Positions 51,465-58,674 of a stretch of DNA of 64,000 nucleotides are shown here, piece by piece. The first letter of the stretch is position 1. Every line of letters starts with the position of its first letter. The translations under genes were made by a program, and so were the position numbers. Below the pieces are notes generated by a model that was not told the origin of the DNA, did no database searches, and saw nothing but the letters and a program-made list of their open reading frames with translations. Origin of the DNA: an uncultured bacterium (lineage in GTDB: Bacteria > Verrucomicrobiota > Kiritimatiellia > RFP12 > UBA1067); contig CACZHC010000011.1 in NCBI GenBank assembly GCA_902780865.1, positions 2,898 to 66,897 of the forward strand, given 5' to 3'.

Positions 51465-54338
51465 TTATCTTAGCGACACCTTAAAGCCTGGTTTTCCTGG
51501 CTTCGTCATGAAGTGCGACAGCTCTGGCGCAATAAAGGCACTGCTCCCTCTGCCAATCTTTCCAAGCACCCAGTACTCAAGGCTGGCAGCGTCAGCAATA
51601 ACGTTCAGCGCGTTTCGCGCCGACGAAGCGGCATAGCCTTCGTCCGACGAGCCAACTATTGCCTCTCTGGCGAAATCCCCGTCCGTGGCGTTGTCGCCAA
51701 ATAGCGGGACTCCCGCATTTGACGACATCTCAAAGAAGGCGTTGACCAGGCATCGAACATGCGCCACATTTGGAACCACGCAGCTTCCGACCGCCTGTGC
51801 CGCGTTCGTGACGCCTGAGATAGCCGCATAGTTGGCGACATTGGAAAGGACGACAGCCGTGCCGACGTAGTTCACGTTCGCCCCGATCTGCGCGACGAGG
51901 CCGGCTGCGCGATGTCCCAACACCGCGCCGTAGTTCGCAGAATCGACTATGGCGAGGCGCGCTTCCTTGTGAAGCGACGCTACATTCCCTACAAGCCCGC
52001 CGGCGCACTTCTTGTAGAAAGACGAACCCTCCGGCTCGTAGCCGGACAGGACCACCCCGCGGTTCGCACAGCGGGATATCTCAATGACACCCTGGTACGG
52101 ACCGCCGACATTGCCGACGATGCCGCCTGCATGCGTCGTCACATACGCGGTGCTTGCCGCGGTTGAAGTGTTGGAGATCGCGCCAACGTTCTGGCAATCA
52201 ACGATAGAAAGAGCCCCGACGGCGCTGCCCACTGTCGCATATCCAACGATTCCGCCAAGGTTGCAGGCCGCGTGGGTCGATGTGAACGTTCCGTCGTTGA
52301 AGCAACGCTCAATTCGGCACTCGACGGAAGGCTGCCCGTCGGGAAGGGAAACGTCGATATGACCGACGATTCCGCCGTTCCCGCCGGCAACGGTATTGTA
52401 GTCCCCGGTCTTCTTTTCGATCGCGGCGTGGTTTGTGCAGTCGAATATCCCGGAGAACTCCGCGCCCGCGTAGTCAGTCCCCTTCGCAATGCTGCCCGCA
52501 ATCGCTCCGCACTTCACGTTGTTGCCCGCCCGCAGCAAGCATCCCGCCTTGATTGTGCAATTGGACACCAACGCGCCGCACTCGAGCGTGCGCGCAATGA
52601 AACCAATGGATACGCCATTTGCCTCAGACTCGACTGTCGACGAGGCGATCACGAGATTCTTGACACGGCCGCCGAAGACGGTGTTGAAAAGCGGCGCGGC
52701 GAGCCCTTCGAGCGTGTGCCCGTTTCCGTCGAGAATTCCCCTGAAGTCCACGGCATTCCACGACGCAAGGTTGATGTCAGCCGTAAGCCTATATCGCGCA
52801 CCGGCGGGAGAACCTTCGGTTATGGCGGCGGCGAACTCGCCATACGAACCGATTTCCTGTACGCCATCCGTCGTGCCGGATCCACCCTGGGGATCGTCGC
52901 CGCCCTGAGGATCGTCGCCGCCCTGAGGATCGCCGCCTCCCTGGGAGTCGCCCTCCAGGTTGATGCGGAAGATGGCGCCCGAAAGCTCGGGGTCCTTAGG
53001 CAGGTTCTTCCAGATCTCGCACACGTTCGTCGAGTATCCCATGCCGACGTAGAAGTCGTCGCCGTATTTGCAGAGCGCAGTCGCATGGCGGTTGGTGGCG
53101 AAGTGGAAGAGCTCGGTGAACGTAACGCCGTCCTCGGTCTTCCACACGCTGTTCGTCACGACCGTCCCCATCTCGGTCCCCGTAGCTGCCACGATGTACG
53201 CCGCGCCGTCGCTCACGTGTATGTCGAACGGGCGCGCGCCGCCGAGGTCGATCTTCGTCGCCTTCACGTGGTGGTTCTCGTTGACCGCGCTGTACGCAGC
53301 CCACGGACGGCTGTGGCTCGCGACATTGGTCTTTATGCCTTCGATCAGATAGAGCACCCTCGATCCGAACCTCCGGCAATGCGACGGCCTGATGTCGAAT
53401 TCAAGGTAATCACTCATCCAATCAGCGACCGAAATCGCCTTGTCCTCTTCGGTAATCCCCGGCGCGACGTCGCTCCACGGCACAAGCGAAGAGACGAACT
53501 TGCCGAGCGATGCGTCCCAGCGCCACTCTTCCCACTCAAATATATCAATGTCGCACTTGTACCCGAAATCCATCGAGAAGCAGAACAGGTCATCGTCAAA
53601 CGGCATGAACGCCGCGAACTTGCGCGCCTGGGCGACATTGAATCGATTCTTCCCTGCAATCCACACTGAGGTAGAGCTCTCGAAGTATGTTCTATAAGCG
53701 GACGACAAGTCGGGTGTCGCGTCCGTCATCCTCGTGTCGCCCCAGTTAGAAGATGCGCAGATTCCGTATCCAGCGGTAAAGAACTTGCCTCCGAACTCGG
53801 CAATATCCCAAATATGCGCAGCGTAATTCGCGGTTGCTCCGTTATGCCCGCTTATGCATGACGTCAGGTTCGTCCACGTTCCGTCGGTCTCGCGACGGAA
53901 GAAATGCCCCGCATGCTCGTGGCTTTCGCGCATGTCCACGCTACCAGCCCACAGCCGCCCGTCGGAGAACGACTTGAGATCGGTTATGAGCTCCGTGCCG
54001 GCCTCAAACTCGTTGGTAAAAGTCCCCGTCGAGGGATCGACAGCGAAGATTGGCACGGGGCCCTGGTTGGAAAACGCGCCCCAGTCGCCGCCAGTCGTGT
54101 AGATCTTGCCGTTGTACACGTGGAGATCCTGAACCTCGCGCGCATAGAAGCCAGGCCGCGACCCGGGCGTGTTCCATCTCGTCGCGTTCGGGTTGCACAC
54201 GAACTCGGGCGACACTTCGACCGAGCCGGCAGGTGCAGAATTTCCCTGCGCGCCAGCCGTCTGCGGCACTACGACGATTGACGCCGCAATGACCGCAATA
54301 ATTAGGGCCGTTGATTTTATCGTTGATAGCGATTTCAT
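51465..54338 (-). CDS. secreted protein: N-terminal beta-propeller-like region, (GGDxPQ)n linker, C-terminal GLUG module, ...PGKPGFKVSLR tail
   Basis: 957-aa ORF with a signal peptide. The GLUG head motif is internal (...SPAGARYRLTADINLASWNAVDFRGILDGNGHTLEG). It has GGIVG repeats. The C-terminal 45 aa are homologous to those of the 38200 gene. Confidence 0.65.
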   Translation of the reverse strand: MKSLSTIKSTALIIAVIAASIVVVPQTAGAQGNSAPAGSVEVSPEFVCNPNATRWNTPGSRPGFYAREVQDLHVYNGKIYTTGGDWGAFSNQGPVPIFAVDPSTGTFTNEFEAGTELITDLKSFSDGRLWAGSVDMRESHEHAGHFFRRETDGTWTNLTSCISGHNGATANYAAHIWDIAEFGGKFFTAGYGICASSNWGDTRMTDATPDLSSAYRTYFESSTSVWIAGKNRFNVAQARKFAAFMPFDDDLFCFSMDFGYKCDIDIFEWEEWRWDASLGKFVSSLVPWSDVAPGITEEDKAISVADWMSDYLEFDIRPSHCRRFGSRVLYLIEGIKTNVASHSRPWAAYSAVNENHHVKATKIDLGGARPFDIHVSDGAAYIVAATGTEMGTVVTNSVWKTEDGVTFTELFHFATNRHATALCKYGDDFYVGMGYSTNVCEIWKNLPKDPELSGAIFRINLEGDSQGGGDPQGGDDPQGGDDPQGGSGTTDGVQEIGSYGEFAAAITEGSPAGARYRLTADINLASWNAVDFRGILDGNGHTLEGLAAPLFNTVFGGRVKNLVIASSTVESEANGVSIGFIARTLECGALVSNCTIKAGCLLRAGNNVKCGAIAGSIAKGTDYAGAEFSGIFDCTNHAAIEKKTGDYNTVAGGNGGIVGHIDVSLPDGQPSVECRIERCFNDGTFTSTHAACNLGGIVGYATVGSAVGALSIVDCQNVGAISNTSTAASTAYVTTHAGGIVGNVGGPYQGVIEISRCANRGVVLSGYEPEGSSFYKKCAGGLVGNVASLHKEARLAIVDSANYGAVLGHRAAGLVAQIGANVNYVGTAVVLSNVANYAAISGVTNAAQAVGSCVVPNVAHVRCLVNAFFEMSSNAGVPLFGDNATDGDFAREAIVGSSDEGYAASSARNALNVIADAASLEYWVLGKIGRGSSAFIAPELSHFMTKPGKPGFKVSLR
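52885..52954. repeat. in-frame 18-bp tandem repeat (~3.8 copies) encoding the GGD(D/P)PQ linker
   Basis: Units ccctg(g/a)ggatcgtcgccg lie at 52885, 52903 and 52921, with a partial unit at 52939. Confidence 0.8.
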
Positions 54339-54374
54339 CGTTGCAAGCTCCCTGTCTTGGCTTTTGACGGTGCA

Positions 54375-54441
54375 ATGATAGCCAAAAAACGCAGGGAGCG
54401 CAACAATTAATCAACCGACCTCAATTAATACCTCAATTATT
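54375..54441 (-). promoter_or_regulatory. promoter (TTGCGC-17-TATCAT) plus upstream TAATTG(A/T) repeats
   Basis: On the minus strand the -10 is at 54380-54375 and the -35 at 54403-54398. caattaat copies start at 54404, 54422 and 54434. The 23-mer cctcaattaatacctcaattatt lies at 54419-54441 and overlaps the GntR-type gene stop. Confidence 0.5.
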
Positions 54442-55513
54442 TCTTGTGGCGTCCAATGCTCTCGCCATTGACAAACCGCCACGCAACCTTTGGCAGAGCG
54501 GTACGACGCCCTTCGAGCTGCGCAACGACATATTCGGCGACAGCGTCGGCGTATGATACTGGATCGTTCACGAATCGTGCGACAGAAACGCCGAGCGCAA
54601 GCTCGTTGCCGCGGTTGGCGTGGCAGACAACTCCGATGTCGGCGGGGATTCTGAAGCCCGCCTCGAAAAGCGCCACAACTCCGCCGACGGCAAGATAGTC
54701 GTCGTCAAAGAGAACGACGTCGGGCGGGCGTAGTCTATGGCGTTCGTCCGCAAAATAGGCGGCAACTGTCCTGTGTCCGCAGGCCTTGAGATCGCCGAGA
54801 GTCCATTTACGCTCGTTGTCCCACTTGCACATCACGCGCTCGACGCTTATACCCGCCTCGAAGAGCTGGCGCTTGAAGCTGCGGTCGATGGACCGCGGCA
54901 TGTCGAACTCGACAAGCCGACGCACGCCGCGCGCCCTGAGCGCCGCGATCAGCGCGGCGAAGCACTCGCGGGCATCCTCGCGTATGACGGCGCGGGCGTT
55001 TGGGAAGTTGCGCGTAAAGCCGTTGAGGATGACATACGGCACGCCTGCATGGTCGAGCATCACGGCGACCTGTTTCTCGCCGAAGAGCCCTATGACAAAG
55101 TCCATACCGTCGGCGAGGTGGCGGCGAAGCGGCTCGAGGTCGAGGGAGCCGTCCTTCGCGTTTTCGATGACCACGGGGACAAACTGCCAGCCGGCGGGCT
55201 CAAAGACTTGCGCGAACCTGATTGACAGCATCTGCTGGAAGTACGAACCCATGGCGCCGACCGCAACAAAGGCGACGCGCCCCTTCCACGACCAAAACGG
55301 CTTGGCCGTCACCACCGCGCCGACATGCTTCTTCACTGATATTGCGCCAGAATCCGCAAGGCGCCTGATTGCACGGCGAACGGCATATTCGCCCGCTCCG
55401 AAGCGCGCTCTGAGCTCGTCGACGGAAGGCAACCGCTCGCCCGTCTTCCAGCGTCCGCTGGCAAGATCGGCCTCAAGCGCCTCTGCTATCGCCTCGGAGA
55501 TGCATTTATTCAT
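54437..55513 (-). CDS. GntR-type winged-helix regulator fused to a periplasmic-binding-protein (LacI-like sugar-binding) domain
   Basis: 358-aa ORF. The N-terminal part is ...GERLPSVDELRARFGAGEYAVRRAIRRLADSGAISVKKHVGAVV. The C-terminal part is PBP1-like. It starts 6 nt after the peptidase stop. Confidence 0.7.
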   Translation of the reverse strand: MNKCISEAIAEALEADLASGRWKTGERLPSVDELRARFGAGEYAVRRAIRRLADSGAISVKKHVGAVVTAKPFWSWKGRVAFVAVGAMGSYFQQMLSIRFAQVFEPAGWQFVPVVIENAKDGSLDLEPLRRHLADGMDFVIGLFGEKQVAVMLDHAGVPYVILNGFTRNFPNARAVIREDARECFAALIAALRARGVRRLVEFDMPRSIDRSFKRQLFEAGISVERVMCKWDNERKWTLGDLKACGHRTVAAYFADERHRLRPPDVVLFDDDYLAVGGVVALFEAGFRIPADIGVVCHANRGNELALGVSVARFVNDPVSYADAVAEYVVAQLEGRRTALPKVAWRFVNGESIGRHKK

Positions 55514-55519
55514 GGCGAA

Positions 55520-58159
55520 TCACTTCTTCTCGACAAACACCTTGAAGAATCGATGCAGCGAATCCATGTTCGCCCAGTCAACGGCGGAATCAAGGGTCTG
55601 CTTGCCCTTCACGACCGGCTGGTAGCCATACGTGGCGAGGCGGTTCGTGTCGGCGTTGCTTTCTACTATGGGCGTCGTTCCGTCCATTCGGATCGTCGCC
55701 TCAAGCCGGCTGAGCGCATTCGTCGGATCTGTGCCGAGAAGGTATTCCGCCCAGGTATCGATGCCGTCGCCGTCCGAATCCGCTTTCGCAATCGCCTCGT
55801 AGTCCCCTGCCGCGCTCGCGCTACCGGGGAAATATTCATCAAGCCAGACGTATGTCACAGGAACTTCAGTTGTCGAAGTCTCGGTAGACATTACGGTCAA
55901 ATCTCCCGACCAGGAAAGAGTGAAGGTGCCGCTTCCGTCATAACCCATCATACCGACGATGCGATAAGTGACTCCCTGTTCGACATCAAACTCGAGCGTC
56001 GTGACATAGGTTGTTTTATCATACTCATAGGCAAACACTTGCCGATTGTTCAACGAAAGCGTGTCGCCGATGTAGACCGCGATGAATGTCGGATAAATAA
56101 AACCGCCGCCGGAGCACTGCGTCTGCAACGTCATCGTCCCACTCCCGGGTGCCGTCCATAGATACCAAGCGGTACGGTACTGGTAACTGTAGGTGTAGCC
56201 GCCGCCGTTTGGACGGCGGGTGTGGTACGGCTCTCCCGGCTCAACCGTGTATGCCGAGTTGTCTTCGATAACGCGGCTGCCGCTCGCGCCTGAGATCTTG
56301 ATCGGATTGTCGAAATAGTCTCCCTTCGGCGCACCCTGCGCGGCGTCATAGGTATAGGTCGCGGTGACGACAACACTTGGGTTCATGCCGCTTTTCCACG
56401 CCCGTGCCTTGATGGTAGCATCATCGTCGATGAAGATTTGCCCATTGTAGAGCGTGCTGGACTCTGTCGGATCGCTCCCGTCCGTCGTGTACCGTATCTC
56501 CGCCCCGTCCGTCGCGCAAGAGATGGTTACGTTCGTGGACGGATAGAACAGGCAGGAGCTGGGCGAGAACTGCGGTTCTGCGACGCTCGCGACGCCCGTA
56601 AGCACGAAGTCGTTGTCGCAGACGTTGTTGACTTTTGGCGAAGGAGACAGCCAATAACCACCCGAGTGTGAATACTCGATGGACACGTTCTGCCGCAGCG
56701 TTATGGCTTTCGACGCGGATGCTTCGCCCGACGAGGCGGTCATCGTGTATGTTCCGGGCGTGAGGACGAGCGCGTAGATTCCCTTCTGATTCGTCTGGAC
56801 GTAGCCGACATTGTTCGCGCCCTGGATTCCTGATCCGCCTGCGCCGGATCCCTGTTCGCGGAATGAAACGATCGCGTTCTCCACGGGGACTCCGCTGGCG
56901 TCCAAAACGCGTCCGCTGCAGATGACAGCACTGGACGGATGGTTCGTGAAGACGTTGTAGACGACACCGTTAAGGATGCTGAAGTTGTAATGTGTCGTCC
57001 CCATTGCCGGAGGCGCATACCATGCGTCGTCTAATCCGCCCCATCCCATGTTGAAGTGGATGTAGAGTGTTCCGTCCGAATAGCCGTATCCGTCACCGAC
57101 GATCTCGTGCCCGCCGGCGCCGGACAGGCTCAGGGCGACGGGAAGCCCGGCGTCGAAGTTGGACAGCATCGCCTTCCTCACGTCGTCGGATCCGCTCTGG
57201 TCGCTTTCGCTTTCCCATTGTGCCACCATCGCACTCGCGTAGCCGAAGTGGTTTGTAAACGCGTGGGCCAGCAGGTAGCCGCCGGCAGAGCTTCCGCCAG
57301 ATCTGTAGTCCATGCCAACGCAGATTCCGATGTCGGAGGTGAGCCTGCCGATGGCCTTCCGCTGGTCATCGGTCATGGAGGAACCGGGCTCAAGCGGCAT
57401 TGCATTCCAGTTGTAGATGCCACCCTGGGTGGTGAGGGTTGTCGGATTGCCACCGATCGCGCATCTCGAATTCGTGAACTGCGGCATCGATGCCGTTGGA
57501 TAGCAGAAGTACCGCATGATCTGGGCGCCTACTGTCGCGACGCATCCGCACACATAGTTGTTCGGCGTGTAGTAGTTGTAGCAATGGCCGTCGCCGACGT
57601 CTTCCTGATCCCATTTCGACTGGACTAGCGGGGCGACGCGGACGTCCGAGACCGAGGAGACGCCCTGCGACGTGCGGAGCAGCCCACTGGACTTGCCGAG
57701 GAGCCTGTTCCACTTGGCCTCATTGCCAGAGCTTGACGAGTCGCCAGCGGCCGCCCTGAGAAGACCGCCTTTCCCCGCTCCGCTCGCCCCGGCAGCCTCG
57801 CGGGCGCGCAGGGCGAGGTCGCTTTTGAGAAGCACCCAGAGGGGATTGGCGTCACTCTCCACGAGATTGCCGCCAGAGGAAAACGCGACAACCGGCTCAC
57901 GCGTCGTATCGGACGACATCACTACGAATCCGCCGCCCTTGAGCTTGACCACGTGGAACGATGCGTCCTCTTGAGGGAAGCATGTGCGGACCGAGTCCAC
58001 CTCCGCACCGAAATTGCATCCAAGTGCTGCATCGCCCTCAAGCCAGCGCCGCGCGGCAATGCCGGCGGAATCGGCCGACACCTCCTCGGCACTCGCATAA
58101 AAGGCGATGATAGCCGACACCGCGACAGAAACAATGTTCCTTATGCCGACCCTAGTCAT
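55520..58159 (-). CDS. secreted multi-domain C10 (streptopain-like) cysteine peptidase
   Basis: The track start at 58171 is TTG inside the SD. I prefer ATG 58159 (MTRVGIRNIVSV), 5 nt after GGAGG. The C10 signature is QSKWDQ...HCYNYYTPNNYVCGCVATVGAQIMRYF. Downstream are a carboxypeptidase-regulatory-like module, a chitobiase/Fn3_assoc-like module (AEIRYTTDGSDPTESSTLY) and pre-peptidase-like modules. Confidence 0.7.
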   Translation of the reverse strand: MTRVGIRNIVSVAVSAIIAFYASAEEVSADSAGIAARRWLEGDAALGCNFGAEVDSVRTCFPQEDASFHVVKLKGGGFVVMSSDTTREPVVAFSSGGNLVESDANPLWVLLKSDLALRAREAAGASGAGKGGLLRAAAGDSSSSGNEAKWNRLLGKSSGLLRTSQGVSSVSDVRVAPLVQSKWDQEDVGDGHCYNYYTPNNYVCGCVATVGAQIMRYFCYPTASMPQFTNSRCAIGGNPTTLTTQGGIYNWNAMPLEPGSSMTDDQRKAIGRLTSDIGICVGMDYRSGGSSAGGYLLAHAFTNHFGYASAMVAQWESESDQSGSDDVRKAMLSNFDAGLPVALSLSGAGGHEIVGDGYGYSDGTLYIHFNMGWGGLDDAWYAPPAMGTTHYNFSILNGVVYNVFTNHPSSAVICSGRVLDASGVPVENAIVSFREQGSGAGGSGIQGANNVGYVQTNQKGIYALVLTPGTYTMTASSGEASASKAITLRQNVSIEYSHSGGYWLSPSPKVNNVCDNDFVLTGVASVAEPQFSPSSCLFYPSTNVTISCATDGAEIRYTTDGSDPTESSTLYNGQIFIDDDATIKARAWKSGMNPSVVVTATYTYDAAQGAPKGDYFDNPIKISGASGSRVIEDNSAYTVEPGEPYHTRRPNGGGYTYSYQYRTAWYLWTAPGSGTMTLQTQCSGGGFIYPTFIAVYIGDTLSLNNRQVFAYEYDKTTYVTTLEFDVEQGVTYRIVGMMGYDGSGTFTLSWSGDLTVMSTETSTTEVPVTYVWLDEYFPGSASAAGDYEAIAKADSDGDGIDTWAEYLLGTDPTNALSRLEATIRMDGTTPIVESNADTNRLATYGYQPVVKGKQTLDSAVDWANMDSLHRFFKVFVEKK

Positions 58160-58181
58160 TAAAACCTCCAATCACACCCTC

Positions 58182-58205
58182 ATTATACCACAAATGTGCT
58201 ATAAT
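58182..58205. promoter_or_regulatory. back-to-back divergent extended -10 boxes (TGGTATAAT minus strand; TGTGCTATAAT plus strand)
   Basis: The reverse complement of 58182-58190 is TGGTATAAT, facing the peptidase. 58195-58205 is TGTGCTATAAT, facing tadA. Confidence 0.5.
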
Positions 58206-58212
58206 GTCACCG

Positions 58213-58674
58213 ATGGACGCAGACGATATTAAATATATGGAAATGGCGCTCAGGGAGGCGGAGAAGGCCGCTGAAGACGGCGAGGTGCCGACTGGATGCG
58301 TCATCGTCGACTCCGAGGGACGCATCCTCGGGCGGGCGCACAACCAGACCGAGGGCCTTGCCGACGCGACGGCCCACGCCGAAATGCTCGCCCTTTCCGC
58401 AGCATTCAACGCGAAGGGAAACTGGCGGCTCACCGGCACGACGCTCTATGTCACGAAGGAACCCTGCCCGATGTGCGCGGGCGCAATCGTGCTCGCGCGG
58501 CCCGACCGCGTCGTGTGGGGCGTCTCAGACCCCAAGCGCGGAGGCTCGACCGTATTCGACATCCTGCGCCATCCCGGCATGAACCACCATCCGGAAATCG
58601 TCTCGGGGATTCTCGAGGAACGGTGCAAGGCAGTTCTCGTCGACTTCTTCAAAAAAAGAAGAGCCGATCAGTGA
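58213..58674 (+). CDS. tadA: tRNA-specific adenosine deaminase
   Basis: CDA motifs HAEMLAL and PCPMCAGA are present. The track start at 58204 lies inside the TATAAT box, so ATG 58213 (MDADDIKYMEMALREAEKA) is preferred. Confidence 0.85.
   Translation: MDADDIKYMEMALREAEKAAEDGEVPTGCVIVDSEGRILGRAHNQTEGLADATAHAEMLALSAAFNAKGNWRLTGTTLYVTKEPCPMCAGAIVLARPDRVVWGVSDPKRGGSTVFDILRHPGMNHHPEIVSGILEERCKAVLVDFFKKRRADQ

Noticed and set aside
7683-51500. Interpreting the C-terminal tails as PEP-CTERM, LPXTG, GlyGly-CTERM or a T9SS CTD
   Set aside because: There is no PEP, LPXTG or GG motif. Only 4-5 hydrophobic residues are present, too few for a membrane helix, followed by a single terminal Arg. There is no ~80-aa CTD fold signature.
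52885-52954. The 18-bp tandem repeat as a CRISPR-like or minisatellite non-coding element
   Set aside because: There are no unique spacers. The repeat is in-frame inside a long ORF and encodes a Gly/Asp/Pro/Gln linker.
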